A DNA stretch of 63,672 bases from Octopus bimaculoides (taxonomy: Eukaryota): assembly GCF_001194135.2 (NCBI RefSeq), contig NC_069009.1, forward strand, positions 10,881,412-10,945,083, in the 5' to 3' direction. Below, one piece after another: positions 12,748 to 28,926 of the stretch. The first letter of the stretch is position 1. Each line of letters starts with the position of its first letter. A model generated the notes under the pieces. It did no database searches and had not been told where the DNA came from. It saw only the letters and a program-made list of their open reading frames with translations. The position numbers and the translations under genes are program-made.

Positions 12748-15700
12748 GTGTGTTCTTCCTTCTGTGGATGAGACTGCATTACATTCAGTACAGAAAGATA
12801 TCCGCATATCATTTTCTCTCTCTTTCTTCCGCAACTATTTATATATCTTCCGCTTCTCTTTCTTACTTTTCTGTGGTCTTCCTTTCCTTCTTTACTTCTA
12901 ACCACTTATTTTACAACTTCCTTTATTTCATTATCACAATCATCATTAACGTTCCTATTCTCATCATCACCATATTCTTATTCGCTATTTGTTAAATATG
13001 ACTCTCACTTTTAAATATATATGCGGTATTAAAAAAAGGGAAAAGTGAAACCTGGGCAGACGAAAATGTGAAAACGAACGCTAATGACTGCTATTGATTT
13101 GAAAATATCTACCTCAGTGCGCTGCAGCTTATGGTCAGGAGGTTAACAGAAATACTCAATTAACAATCCCCGAATGCGTTTAATACCCTATTAGAAAATG
13201 GGGAAATTAACAAGCGTCATAAGTCCACATAAAGGTGTCAAAAAATCTCAATTAATTCGACGTGAAATTAGCCACAGCCCTGATCGTTTTGTTGTGATTT
13301 CTTTAAAGACATGCAAGAAAGCTCTCGCAAAACCCCTGCAAATACTTTTCCAGAGCTTCCTTACATATGGGAAACATCTCAAAGTGTTAGAAAAAGGTAT
13401 ATTGATTCAGGAGGAAGTAGACAAGATTCGAAATATTGCAGGTATTTCTCTCAGACCTCACGTGTTTAGAAAGTCATGAGATACATTGTCAGAGTGCAGT
13501 TGATTACGTTCCAAGAAGAAAGCTTGTACACTAACATACGGCATGGCTTCTGTCTACGAAGTAGTTGCCTTATATAGCAACCAGAGCAACGTGGCTGAGT
13601 ACTGAAACACCAGACATGGATGATATCTGGAATATACCATCATCAATATTCAGCCAACTTTAACTAGTCTGTAATTACAATGCTGATGTTTTTAATTGGT
13701 TGTGAATTGTTTAAAATGCGTAGATTTGTAATATAGATTTTTCTAGCTGTGAGAACCTTGTGCTGGTAATGGAATATATATTATGTCATTATTGCCGGAG
13801 TAGACGCTTCATTACTACGTTATGGGTGTTGGAAGAATACCTGATAATGAAACAATGTTGACATTAGTTAGTTCATTATGATGCATATTTTTTCATTAAG
13901 CGAATGTCACAAAAGTTTTGACATTGGCATTATTGTATATTGTAGAATTACAATTTAATTTCAGAATACTTTTTGATTATGATGGTATTCAGAATCAATA
14001 AATGTATCATGTATAACTAGTGTGCTTTACGGTACTTTATTATACTACATAGTACTTTGCTCGTTTTCTAATATTCTCGAATTTAAATAAGATAATAAAG
14101 TATTATTTCCCGTGAAGTAAAATCCAAGTGTCTATGGACTGACACTATGAAAGATATATATTTTTTCTACAAAACCGTTTCAACATGAACATTAATGTTT
14201 GCATATATTTTCAATATGGCCCTCAAAGTTATGAAGTGTTCTTCCGATAAGTGTTTTAATTATTCATGATTTATTTTTCTTCCAATGCTGTCGTTACATT
14301 GCCACTAGAGCATATATTGAAAATAATATTGGTACACAAGATGAGAATATTATGTGAAACAAACATTGTGCATACAACAGTCTCGTTGCTATTTTGTTAT
14401 TCTTATAGCTTATCTTCCATCTTTCGTTACCCGGATATCACAGAAGACTCTCTTCCCACGGGATAGCTAAGTTAGATTTATGGAATCTACTCATATCCAA
14501 ACTATAGGCAGAAAGATCATAGAGAAATAAAACAACTTGCAGTGAACATGAGCTTTATTCGGATAGTTTAGACAGCATATTAACAAGAGAAAAGAGATTT
14601 ATTGACTTTTACGTATTTTAACTAATAAAATATTTGTTTCTTTCTTCCAGGGATTTGAGTAACAACCGAATACAAAACTATGAGGATGGCGCGTTCTTAT
14701 TCCTTCCCAATATTAATTACATGTATGTACAACAAATTTTTCTTTATTGGAAAACCAAAAGTCTTTGTAATCACATAAAAAAGATGCCATCAGACTAAAC
14801 TCATAAAAAGATGTCTTCAAATTCACAGTTATTTAATATAGTTGACAATAAATAGCAATATGTTAGTTTTAATTTTAGGGGGCCAACATAATTATCTTGG
14901 AAGATTTACTTTTCTGATTGCAACGTCGGTTGTCAAATAGAATGAAGGTTGGTTTTATGTACTTAACTTTCATCCAGGCTCGGAAATACGTGGTGTGTTC
15001 AAAAGTTATGCAAAGCATTGGGCACAAAATGTATCAAACCTTTGTACATTTCACAAATTCTATTTAGTGTTATTGAAACTTCTCCTGTTGCGACAGACAC
15101 ACTTGATCCAGAGGTTCTTTCAGTGTTGGTATCAGTTCTGGAACGTCTTCCAGAAAGTGTTACGGAGCTCCGCTGTCGCTGTTTGCGTGGTTTCTTCTCG
15201 TGACTCAGATCGCTTCCCTTTCAGCGTCGTTTTCAGTTTGGGAAAGAGCGAGCAAGAAGTCATGCAGTGCCATGTTCAGAGAGTAGAGGGCCTCCCGAAA
15301 GAGTGGATTAATTGGATTACTTGCATTACGAAGTGCGTTCAAAATCTATTCAATTTTTTTTTGCCAACACGCCTGCCTCAGCGTACCTCGCTCGCGACTG
15401 AGGTTCGGCTATGTTTGAAGTAGTTGTACCACTCCTTCATCCACGTGTTGCCCATGGCATCATCGCCAAGGGCCGGTCGAATCTTCTGGGAAGTTTCAGC
15501 TTGGGTATCACTCAGCCTTTGCTAAAATTGAATGCAATCTCTCTGCTAGATGTATCCGATCATCTTGTGTAAAAACGAAAAACATACGAGTGCGGACTGC
15601 ACGTCTGTACCCTAGGCGTAACCGCTGGAGACTGGCGTAGCCTACTGACGCAGCATATCGACGGTGCGGAAATATTCGTGAATGTGCAGCAAGTGTGGTT

Positions 15701-16213
15701 TACGTCCCACCCAAAGGATTTTGCACACCTGGCATTAGTTTCAAGGAAAAAATAGTCTCATATTCTTAGGACGCACATCGTACACAGAATAAATCGGAGC
15801 TAGTTCAGTAGTGTATACACATACACATTAGGAATTTTAGAAATCTCGAAGGCCGGAGAATAGTTGTGAAATGTTTAGAAGGTCGAGTAAATATACCCTT
15901 TTAGGACGAGTAAAGGGAGCCCACAAGCTGCTACAGATACGAACTCTGTACTATTAAAATTCTGCATGAGCAGACTGTACCTCGGAGCTAAGCAATCTCT
16001 GACAACGAAAGATGTGTTTCTAAAGTTTAGATAACTTTTGGAACCGTAACCCGCTACAGGGTTACGGGTCACATTATTCCGTCTTATAATGGGAGAATTT
16101 TTACTCGATCTTCTAAGCTGTTTCTACAGCTAATCTCCTGCGTTCAGATTTCAATAATTTCTAAGCAACAAATACCAGTTTGAAGCCTCGATGCTTTTAT
16201 ATAAAAGAAATGT

Positions 16214-16248
<35 letters not shown>

Positions 16249-17748
16249 CATACAGACAGATATATACAGAGAGAGAGAGAAGCATAGAGAGGAAGAGAGA
16301 TCTCAAAAAGTAAGCAGACATCAACATGGGCGGATTTGAAATATTTATATCAGGAAAAAATTTTCCAAGCCCGATCAATAAGCATCCGGATGGTTGCCAT
16401 AGTAACGAAGCAAAAGCACGGAGAGTAAAGCCGTTTGGCACAGATTGACCTTAATCTCAGCTACGCCTGTGCTCTAAGTTTTAATACACTGCTTACAGAA
16501 GTCCATGGAATGAAGATGTGTAGCATATGATCGTGACAGTAAATGTTGTCATGGTGACACCTGCTCAGACGCATACGCAATTTGCAGAAAATGTATGGAG
16601 AAATGTGTATGAGCCGCACACAACTGTACAAATGGTTCAGACGTTTCCAGGATGGCCAAAATGTTGTCGATATTGACGAACGTTCTGGGAGACCTACAAA
16701 CAGCAGTACTGAGGAAAATATCGCAGATGTGCGTGTAGATTGATGGAGATTCGCAGCTTAACTTTCTCTGTCATGCTCAATGCAGCGACCACACGTTGCA
16801 CACTTTCCTTGCAAGCACTACATTAAACAGAGGAAGTGAGCTAAAAGTTAGTGCGCATGCACACCAGAGTGTAAGGTCATTCTGTACCAAGCGGCTTTAC
16901 ACTGCGTGCTTTGGCAAATCTCTTAACCACACAGCCTTATTTGTACACATGTATATCTGTTTCGAATTTTGAAACTGAAAGCAGACGAAAGAAATGTTAG
17001 ATTGTCTTTGATATTCACATAATTGGTTTGGTAAGGAACATTCGACTTTTTGCTGTCCAGACGATTTTTAACTTAGTATTCCAAATCTGAAGTAGGAAAC
17101 GTAGAAAGAAGTATCCAGTCAATGCTCTCATCTAAGATATTTCATACTTCAGATTTGGAATTCTCCGTTCCTTGAATAGTCCCGCCACTGTTCCTTCGAA
17201 TATCATTATGATCAGTGCCAATGTTAGGGGAAAAAACCTGTCCCGCTAAGACAGTCTTACCCGCAGCATCGATAATTTATTTCTTTTTACAAGACCAACT
17301 AACCGTGACGTATTTCCTCCTCCAGTTTCCAGAGAAGTTATGCAACTTCAGCAATTTGAATCTGATCAGTAATAAACGCTTATCGTCTGCATGTGGCCCA
17401 TAGCGGTCATACCTACGCATGCACGGCCGAACGCAGAAATATAAATATTTTATTTAAATAGACGGAGTGCAAAAAATTGAAAATACGTAAAGCAATGTTG
17501 TGGGGAAAACGTACAAATGTCGAAAATTAAAGACATTTACGCACGAGAAAATTGAAATACACCGAAGTGAGTTTTTAGTCAGATGTACGCAAAATTGAAT
17601 TGGGTGAGTAAAAATTAGAAGTATATAACTACTTCTTCAGGGAGAACGTACAAAAACCGTAAGAACAGAGATTTTTAATAATGATTAATTGAAATACACG
17701 GAAGACAATTTTCAGACACAAGTTAGTGTGTTAGGAAGTTAAAGAATT

Positions 17749-17783
<35 letters not shown>

Positions 17784-20078
17784 GACATGCAGTAAAAAGT
17801 GGAACTATTACAGAGGGTTAGAGAGAATATGTGTAAGCAAAAGAAAGAGAGAATGAGAAAAAGAGAGAGAAGACAGAGAGAGAGAGAGAGAGGGAGAGAG
17901 AGAGAATGGAGAGAGAGAGAATGGAGAGAGAGAGAGAGAGAGAGAGAGATTAGAGAGAATCGGTTCAAAATGGCAGATGTAAAGAGAGAGGCTCAGTTCA
18001 AGACTGCAGAAGTTTTTAGAGAAAATCCCAGGTAAAAATCTTTTTCCGGTTTCTCCCTTAAGGCGGGCGCTCTCGTCAAAATGTTATAGTGTATGAATAT
18101 CGTTGGTACATGAGTAATGTATGTGTAAATTGTGGTGACAATCGGTTGAAAACTGTAGAAATGCATACGTACTATACACACAGACACACACACATATTTT
18201 GTTATATATATATATATATAGATGCCTTATAAGTTCCCATCATCTAAAGAAGTTAGTCTATCAGCATTCTACATAGATTTGATTCATTTCTTGATAATTG
18301 CGAAATTGATATCCCTTCAAAATAACATGAATTCTTATTTTTGAGCAAATTTTTAATATTTCCTGCCAGTATTATTTGTATATTTATCCACGTGTTTGAA
18401 TAAGGTGAAAAACTGAGATCAAAATAGAAAGTTATATATGATTATCTTATGTTCCTGTACTTGTATGCATTTTCATAACTTCAATGATTTTTTTGTTAAA
18501 AAAAATAACTGTAACTTACTCAGTTCTTCTCTCTAATAAATACATTACGTAGGGTGGTGAGTTAGGTCTGCGTTAATAACTTTCATATCTTCCCTGATTC
18601 ATCTTCCTTCAGATCTTTCCTCTAAATGGGACAATTGGACGCAGACGTATTGGCTATCACTATCTTCTCGATGGATTATTTGGTGGTGGTGTCAAACACA
18701 CATATAGAAAATGAGACAGACCCAAAGACATGAGGAAATATGAAAACGTATTGAAGTGATGAAATAGTTATCTTTCATTACATGATATATAAGTTCTACG
18801 TAACATTATCATTATTAGCACTAAAAATTATGAGCATTTTTATATATCTCTATAAAGCATAAGCTCTGTACATTTTCAGCATTGGTTCATGTCCAACTAT
18901 AAGACCATGTGTTATGTAGGCTAAAAGCAAAAATTTCTTAGTAACAAAAAAAAACTTGTCTAAAACAGCTTTGTTAAACATCAGCGCCACCAAATGGCTA
19001 CCACCAAATGACCACCACCATATGACCACCACCAAAATTCTGGCACCAAATCGTATCTATTCCATGATATAAAGTGGTCAGTTCACATGGCTCTGAAATT
19101 TCTCCTTATTTAAAGGGATATTATTATTCAATACATAAACTATAATTCATTAGTAACTTAACAGTTTCAGTTTCCACCATAACCCATTTCACTTTATTGT
19201 AGTTACTAACACCTTTTAAAACAAAACATGATGACATTACTTCTATACTCTTGTTGCAATTATATTATCCTTCTTTCTTGTCAAATACAACAGGGGCTTC
19301 TTTATACATCTAAATCACATTCACTTAGAGTTTTGTTTATAATTGCAGTGACCTCAGAAATAATAATGATATGATGTGTGAATGTCATCTGCCAGCCTTG
19401 GTCAATTATACGAAGTCAAAGTTCGGCAGAACTGTAAATGTCCAGGGCGAGTGTGAGACAGATTCAGGCAATAACCAAAACAAATTAATACCAATAATGG
19501 AATACTCGCAATGTAAAAGTTAGTAAAACCTTCCTTGTTTTTGTTGTTATTTTATTATTATCACTAATTACATTGGCGAGTTAACACAATCGTTGGCACG
19601 CCGAATAAAACGCTTAGCGGCATTTTATCCATCGTTGCGGTCTGAGTTCAAACTCCGTCCAGGTCGACTTTGCATTTTATCCTCTTGGCGTGGATAGTAT
19701 AAGTATCAGTTGAGCACTGCGGTCGACGAAATCGAATATCCCCCTCCCCACAAATTTCAAACCTTGAGGCTTATTACCACTAAGAAAACTCCGGGATATT
19801 CTCTCCTGTTCACATTATAATGTCTTATGAAACAACACCAATAGATATAAAATAAATAAAGGCTCTATCGTCCACACTTTTCAAAAATCCCTCGCCATAC
19901 ACTTACATGAACGCATGTGCACACGCACACTAACGCATACGCACAGGCAAACACAGACTCATACGGCTTCTCTAATGCACATACACAAGGAATCTATTGT
20001 ACCACACAAACACATCGGCACACACAAACACAATCACTACAGCGCGGACACCCATGAACGCGCACTCATACACCCACA

Positions 20079-20124
<46 letters not shown>

Positions 20125-23100
20125 TTCTCGCTCTTTCTAATTTCTACACTCACACGTACATTCCCATTCGCATATCTACATAAATATATAACCAAGAATT
20201 TAAGAGACTCGAAACTGATTTGAAGTAGAGAATGGCTATAATCGAAGATGTTGCGTTGGCGACGAAAGAACCATGTTTGACTGATTCATGAACTGAATGA
20301 TAAATCAAGCAATCGATTATCTAATTAGTTAAATAGCTAATCAATTAAACGAATAAGAAGTAAGTGAAATAGAAACAGTGCATGTATTTTGGCATAATGT
20401 CCCTCCTAAAATACAACAAATTCCTCATAAATCAGTCCTAAAAATAGATGTTTGCAGAAATAAAATGTTCCCCTTCCATTTGGTTTTCGTGCTTACCCTC
20501 ACCTTTATTCATAGACGAGGGGTGATACACAAAGCTTTCTCATATTGTTGTCGGTTTCGTATGATGCTACACTAATAACTAGGTGGGAAAGCCTAAAGTG
20601 TCTTTGAACGGAACGCTAGACCGTTGCAAGCTTGCCCTTTTACAGTTGAGTAGATTCTAAGTGAACGCGTGAAGCCTATTGTTTAGGGTGTTTCACTCAC
20701 GATCGTAATATCATAGTTTCGAGTGCCAGACCAGCTTTTTGTTCTCGGTCGCAAAGCACTTGCTTCCATATTGGTCCCGTCCATTTAATTGTATATGGAT
20801 TATAGGCCGATAACTTATGTGGATAGATGTTCTACCAGCTGAAAGCTTCGCGTACCGGACTCTAGCAGGATTATGAGGTCATTAGGAGAGACAGTATGTA
20901 TATATGTATATGCATACTCACACACAGACACACACAAACATGCACATACGTACACACACACTCACACACACACAGACATATATATAAAGTCATCTAAGAA
21001 CCTGTTGTTTATATCGTTGTCCAGGTGATGAAAATATTTAAACTTCATTGTTGGCTAAACATAAACAGCATTTTCTGCTACTATTAAAGCAACACTTGCA
21101 CTTCTCTAAGTTTTTCCATTTAATGTTGTACACTGTGATACATTGTTTAACAGTCATACGTTCCTATCCAGCACTGTGATATTGCGATACGTCTGGATAC
21201 ATAAGGAGTTATAATTATTGTATCTGGTCCTGAAGAGCCTTTCATTTCGCCTCCCACGACATCGTTTCTTCTTTTTTTCACAACATCCGTAAACCTGGTG
21301 CCACATTTTCCCCTCCATAGACAGAGAGCAGTATTCTTTTCATACCTGCCTGATCTGAAAAACACATGGTGTTACTGAACCACACTGTTATCTAATATCC
21401 GATTACACTGTATAACATATTTTTTGTCCTTGGGTAGCAACTGTTATTTCCTCTTTGCTTACCCACAAAAAGTGTGAAAAATGGCTAATATATCCTTCAA
21501 AATTTGCTTTTGGTATATTTATTCAAACCCCAAACAATCATTTTCAACACATGGCTATGATGCTTCCCACTACATCTGCTCATGATCAGAGATGATCACA
21601 TTGTCAGCCAATTGTCTAAGGTTAAGCAACTGACAAGCAAATTTGTGGTATTGAGCAGAATATTTGCTACAACGATATTTCTATTTCAACAACTCAGTTC
21701 TGAATCTGTCTGAAATGTAACGGAAAATGGGTCAGTTTCAAAACATTGATATCCAAGTCGCAAAAGCAAAAAAAAAAAAAAAAAAAAAANNNNNNNNNNN
21801 NNNNNNNNNNNNNNNNNNNNNNNNNNNNNNNNNNNNNNNNNNNNNNNNNNNNNNNNNNNNNNNNNNNNNNNNNNNNNNNNNNNNNNNNNNNNNNNNNNNN
21901 NNNNNNNNNNNNNNNNNNNNNNNNNNNNNNNNNNNNNNNNNNNNNNNNNNNNNNNNNNNNNNNNNNNNNNNNNNNNNNNNNNNNNNNNNNNNNNNNNNNN
22001 NNNNNNNNNNNNNNNNNNNNNNNNNNNNNNNNNNNNNNNNNNNNNNNNNNNNNNNNNNNNNNNNNNNNNNNNNNNNNNNNNNNNNNNNNNNNNNNNNNNN
22101 NNNNNNNNNNNNNNNNNNNNNNNNNNNNNNNNNNNNNNNNNNNNNNNNNNNNNNNNNNNNNNNNNNNNNNNNNNNNNNNNNNNNNNNNNNNNNNNNNNNN
22201 NNNNNNNNNNNNNNNNNNNNNNNNNNNNNNNNNNNNNNNNNNNNNNNNNNNNNNNNNNNNNNNNNNNNNNNNNNNNNNNNNNNNNNNNNNNNNNNNNNNN
22301 NNNNNNNNNNNNNNNNNNNNNNNNNNNNNNNNNNNNNNNNNNNNNNNNNNNNNNNNNNNNNNNNNNNNNNNNNNNNNNNNNNNNNNNNNNNNNNNNNNNN
22401 NNNNNNNNNNNNNNNNNNNNNNNNNNNNNNNNNNNNNNNNNNNNNNNNNNNNNNNNNNNNNNNNNNNNNNNNNNNNNNNNNNNNNNNNNNNNNNNNNNNN
22501 NNNNNNNNNNNNNNNNNNNNNNNNNNNNNNNNNNNNNNNNNNNNNNNNNNNNNNNNNNNNNNNNNNNNNNNNNNNNNNNNNNNNNNNNNNNNNNNNNNNN
22601 NNNNNNNNNNNNNNNNNNNNNNNNNNNNNNNNNNNNNNNNNNNNNNNNNNNNNNNNNNNNNNNNNNNNNNNNNNNNNNNNNNNNNNNNNNNNNNNNNNNN
22701 NNNNNNNNNNNNNNNNNNNNNNNNNNNNNNNNNNNNNNNNNNNNNNNNNNNNNNNNNNNNNNNNNNNNNNNNNNNNNNCATATCACAGCCGTTTTATTGG
22801 TAGAGATACCAAGTTGAAGTGATGCATTTTGAGAAGATATGAATAATAACAATAAATGGAGCAAAACGCATATAAATAAAAGTTCTTTTAATTCCTACAC
22901 ATGTTTCAAAATATATGAGTGCTCTCCTTCTTTGGAGGAGAGCACTCATATATATATATATATGTTTGCATGATAGAAAACTTAAACAAGATATCCGATC
23001 CAAAAATGAAAGTATTTTAAACTAGCAAAAAATATCAACTAGATTACGGTTGGGATATGACCGTTCTCAGGTGTCACCTTGGCTTTAAAATGACTCTGGA

Positions 23101-24230
23101 ACCTGGCCGCATATGTTCCTCACTGCTTCCCAAAGTAAAGTTTCGAAAAAAAACAACATAATTCTGGCCACTAGCCCGATCTTGGTATTGCAGAGAGGGC
23201 GAATGGTATTTTTTTTCAACTGCATTCAACACAATTGGGAAAAATATGAGGCCTGATATTTGGGCTGAATATGTCGTAGAGATTCTCCGACAACCACTTC
23301 TGATTCTTTCGGAAGATATGGTAAGGAGATAAACGCTGCTGTCACACGTATGTCCTTCCAGCAGCAACCCTCTCTCACAAAGGGTTGACTAGGGTATGCA
23401 GCAGTTTCACATAACCATTTGAATTGAGCCTCAATCCTTGTTCCAAGATGTGTGGCATCATCACGTCATCCGCACAGGAGTTACACTCAACGACCATCAC
23501 AGTTTGAGGAAACAGTGATATAGTTTGTCAAGGATATGTAAATGTGTGGTGCGGAGTGGTAATATGTGAATGGAGGAAGGGAGAGTTTTATGTATATTAC
23601 TTTAGTAGGGGCATGATTAGAATTGCGGGAGAGAAAGGGAGAAAGGAAAGCAGGGGTAAAGATGCAATTTTGCAGTAGGTGCCAACGATTTGAAATGCAT
23701 ATTAGAAAATGTGAAGGTGGGAATTTATATAAAAAGGCATTTAAGTTGTGAAAGAGAATACAACCTCCTCTTCTTTCAAGAAATAAGAGGTTGGGAAATC
23801 CAGTGTTAAAGGCCAAGTCGAGGAAGGACAGATGTTGGACGAGTGGCAATGCCAAGAGACTGGCGCTCATTTGTCAAATCGGATATCTCTAAAGTGCTCT
23901 GTGAAGCTATTGGCGAGTCATCGGTCAGTTTAAGCGACGTTGATGGAGTCGCAAAGGGTTCGTAATGCAGAAGATGCCGTGAAATTGGTGGTGTTGGAGA
24001 GGAAAGGGCAGATGTGTTAATGAGACCTAGAGTAGAGAAGGGATCGAAACTCGTGGCGAGGTACTGCGGATATGTATATATGTGTGTGTGTGTGTGTGTT
24101 TGTGTGTGCGTGCATGTGTGTGAATGTATGTATATATGCATATAGATATTGCTGACAGAGACACGGGCACACACAGACACTCACACACACACACACACAC
24201 ACACTCACACACCCACACACAAACACACAT

Positions 24231-24278
<48 letters not shown>

Positions 24279-27200
24279 NNNNNNNNNNNNNNNNNNNNNN
24301 NNNNNNNNNNNNNNNNNNNNNNNNNNNNNNNNNNNNNNNNNNNNNNNNNNNNNNNNNNNNNNNNNNNNNNNNNNNNNNNNNNNNNNNNNNNNNNNNNNNN
24401 NNNNNNNNNNNNNNNNNNNNNNNNNNNNNNNNNNNNNNNNNNNNNNNNNNNNNNNNNNNNNNNNNNNNNNNNNNNNNNNNNNNNNNNNNNNNNNNNNNNN
24501 NNNNNNNNNNNNNNNNNNNNNNNNNNNNNNNNNNNNNNNNNNNNNNNNNNNNNNNNNNNNNNNNNNNNNNNNNNNNNNNNNNNNNNNNNNNNNNNNNNNN
24601 NNNNNNNNNNNNNNNNNNNNNNNNNNNNNNNNNNNNNNNNNNNNNNNNNNNNNNNNNNNNNNNNNNNNNNNNNNNNNNNNNNNNNNNNNNNNNNNNNNNN
24701 NNNNNNNNNNNNNNNNNNNNNNNNNNNNNNNNNNNNNNNNNNNNNNNNNNNNNNNNNNNNNNNNNNNNNNNNNNNNNNNNNNNNNNNNNNNNNNNNNNNN
24801 NNNNNNNNNNNNNNNNNNNNNNNNNNNNNNNNNNNNNNNNNNNNNNNNNNNNNNNNNNNNNNNNNNNNNNNNNNNNNNNNNNNNNNNNNNNNNNNNNNNN
24901 NNNNNNNNNNNNNNNNNNNNNNNNNNNNNNNNNNNNNNNNNNNNNNNNNNNNNNNNNNNNNNNNNNNNNNNNNNNNNNNNNNNNNNNNNNNNNNNNNNNN
25001 NNNNNNNNNNNNNNNNNNNNNNNNNNNNNNNNNNNNNNNNNNNNNNNNNNNNNNNNNNNNNNNNNNNNNNNNNNNNNNNNNNNNNNNNNNNNNNNNNNNN
25101 NNNNNNNNNNNNNNNNNNNNNNNAGGTCACAGAAGTGTGACGAAAGAACTCTGGCCGAAATAAGATTAAGATTAAGATTAATGTAATATAAAGCTGAAAA
25201 AAAAAAAAAAAAATTAACACCAAATATACAGTGCGTGTGTTTTTATTGGCTAAACTGGCAATATGACCATCCCCAAGTACAACAATATATATATATATAT
25301 ATCTTAGAAAGAAAATCATGAGTCACATTTGCTGGCTTGAGTGACATTGTTTTCTATTTATTCAAAAGTGTTTTACTCAGTTCATGTATCATAGCCATTC
25401 CAGCTGCGACCATCCAGTATTAAACTGTGATTTTCGAAGATTACATAATGTAGTATGGTTGTTCTGTCTTGAGAATAAAGTATGTGCTTTCGTTACTATA
25501 TGAGTAGGTCGTGTCACCACATAGAGGCTGCCTCATTAAATCAATGATTATACATTAATATATTCATAAATAATTTAAACCTTTACAGATTCTATAAAGG
25601 TGTTCATTCTACAAAAACATGACCATCTCTTTAGAATTAGTTCTCTTTATTTGAGTTATTCCACAATTCTCGCACTTTGTGTTAGAGCAGAATACAAATA
25701 GAAAATGCCATCAAGTAGCTTCCATATTATTCTTAGTTTAATTTGTGACAAAACTGAAGCAATTGCAAGTGAAAATCGTAACATGCTTTTGTAGTCTTCA
25801 TTAATAATTTTGTTTATATGCCTAACATGTATTGAATGCAACCTTAACACTTTTACATTTGCTTTAAACCACAAAGTAATGTTTTCTTCTTATACATTAC
25901 ATATTTGGTTCCTAAATATGGATATTTTATTGTATTGTATAGATTACTCGTTATTTCAACGGAATTTGCAGTGTCAAACATGTTCAAGGATGATGTGCAA
26001 TGAATCAGAAGTGACAAACTGTACAGGTGATGAGGTAAATTGAAATGTTCCTTTCTTCCTTTTTGTTATAATATACTCATAACCCTCACATAAAGCCAGT
26101 ATGGCCAAGTAGCTTGTACCATGCATTCACAATTGTTTTCGGTGCCTATGTAGTCGCAAGCAGATACAGACATCCGCTCTTTTCCCACATTTGACACAGC
26201 AGAACAACAAGGATTACACATTTAAAGGGAGAGGGGGTGACCAGCAATAAGCTGGTTACACACTTACAACTGAGTAGACGAGCAACGTGAAATGAAGTGC
26301 CTTGTTCAAGAATATAAGGTGCCACTCGGCCCAGAAACTTAAGTGTAGCATCTTCCTTTTCCTTCTTCGACAGAGTTGTAAGTGTGGAGTAATTGTCCTG
26401 GAGTCATCTTGGAAGAAAACCCCGTTACTCAATGACCTCATATAGCAAAATGAGAAATGGTAGCCACCAGCAGGATCAGGGTCTCTGAACTGCACACACT
26501 CACACCCAACTTTGATGATCTTGAAATAGTCTTATCGCGTAGGATTTTCTATTTGAGCGATTGCCTAGCAGAATTATCCGTGAAATCTCCAAATTTCAAA
26601 ATATGGGCAGGTTGGACAACACTCTTTCTGGATGCTGCACAAAGTTCATATGAAATCAAGAGATTCTTATTCTTAAGGTGGTGTCATCAGGCTAGTAGTT
26701 GTGTATGTAACAACAGGTAGAGGACTGTTCGATTTCCCCTGAAATCTGGAAGCTTTGCTATGGGACGATATTTACAAGGGACATTGGGAGCTACATTTTA
26801 GAAATGTAAATATAACGCAGCGAAGAAGTTACTATAATATTGAAAGCAAAATTAAAGAAGTGAGAAAGGTGTTAAAGAAAGCACTTTTTCTTGGTCTTCA
26901 AGGATATCTTGGACGGTGGGGGATGTACATAGATCGTTCCTAGAGGTCCTCCTATATCAGGGGGGCTACATCATTACCATATTTTGTTCTTGTTATTGGG
27001 TTATACCTTGTCTTCGACATCTAACGTGCCAAGGAAGAATCATTTCATGTTCCTTCCTTGAAGTTTATGAATTCTTATGACGTCAACAACGTACAATTCT
27101 TGCTGGTAAAGAATAAAGTTTCTAAAATAAACACAGAAACTCCAAGGAATGTTTGGTCTAATGGTAGAACGTTAATCATGCTTACAAGAAATGTGGGACC

Positions 27201-28861
27201 GAGTCCCACGGGAATCTTTCGACCCTTTCTATCCAAAGAGCTTTTAAACCCAATATTTATACGCTTATGTTTATAACTTATCTACTTCAAGATCTAACGT
27301 CCGAAGAAAGAATATTAAGAATGTTGTTGTGGTCGAGTGGTTCCTCTAAAGAAGTCTAGATCTATCTTGTTTTTCCCATGAAATTCCATGCAAGTATATT
27401 ATGTTTCCATTTTAGAGCTATAGAATATCTATGCAGAAGAGAAACATATTTTTTGTATCCAGTTATTCATTTTCTGTTCCATTTTGATTATCATATTTTA
27501 CTCTTTATTTTGATTTATCATCTTATACGACTGTTCGTACAGTTTGCACAGAAAATTACAGTGTGCGTTCCCCCGAGAACGAAGTTCTGACCGAATTATA
27601 CAGAATTATTATTGTGTGTGTGTGTTGTGTGTGTGTGTGTGTGTGTGTTCTGTGTGTGTGTGTGCGTGCGTATGTGTGTGCGCGCTTGCATGCTTATGTG
27701 CGTCTGCTGGCGTCTGGCGNNNNNNNNNNCTGGCGGATGGGGTGATGACGTCTGACGGAGCGGTATTACAGGCCGTATTTCGATGATCATATTGACACGT
27801 CATCTGAGGACGCTGCATTTATGATACCTCATTTAGATGTAGTAAATTTCAATAGATTTTACAGGAGATAATACAGGGTTTGCAATCATCTTTCAACATT
27901 TCCTTTGTTGTCAGGCGGCAATATGGCAGAGACGTTAGCATGCTCAGCGGTATTCTGTCTGTCTTTACGTTCTGAGTTCAAATTCCGCCGAGGTCGACTC
28001 TGCTTTTCATCCTTTCGGGGTCGATTAATTAAGTAGTAGTGCCAACTGGGGTCGATCTAATCGAGTGGTTCTCAACTTCATTCTGGCTGTGGCCTCTTCT
28101 AAATCAATGCGAAATCGTTATGGCCCCTATGCTAATTTAATTCTTTATCTCCATTCTGTTCCTCAACTTAACGCATCTAGAGAAGTAGAATGAAACATTC
28201 AAAGTTGTAGTTTTGCATCAAACATCCACCCCAGTTGTAAATTAAAAAAAAAAAACGTTAAATAAATATTTCATTGAAATAAATTTATTTATATTTACGA
28301 AGCAAAAAATAACAATTTCAATTTACATTTCCTGATTTCAATGGTGTCCCTGCGACTGATGCTGGGTTACCAACTTATCAATGTTTGGTTTCAGAGCCGT
28401 CAGTGTGAGACGTATATCTCCTCTTCTTTCTACGTCAAGGCGATTTCGAGACATTGACAGCAGACAAATTACCCGACTGAAACCTAACTCAACTAAATAA
28501 GATGTGGGAAAAGCGAGTAAAAGCAACTTAACGTTTTTACAGAGTAATGGGTACTTTTTAGAGATCACTTCATTCATCCACAGCTTCTGGTATCCTCCAC
28601 ACTCGGACCCTGCTAGAGCTGCTGTGTTATTTGAAGTTCAATGAAGCGTTCTTATATACTCTTTTACTTGTTCAGTCATTTGACTACGGCCATGCTGGAG
28701 CACCGCCTTTAGTCGAGAAAATCGACCCAAGGACTTATTCTTTGTAAGTCTAGTACTTATTCTATCCGTCACTTTTTGCCGAACCGCTAAGTTACGGGGA
28801 CGTAAGCGCACCAGCATCGGTTGTCAAGCGATGGTGGTCGGAAAAACACACACACACACAC

Positions 28862-28926
<65 letters not shown>

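Noticed and set aside
23050-27380. Decayed coding-like stretches at about 23.3-24.0 kb and 26.5-27.3 kb (also 20.4-21.4 kb)
   Set aside because: Probably old retroelement debris, but no motif was clear enough to name a family.
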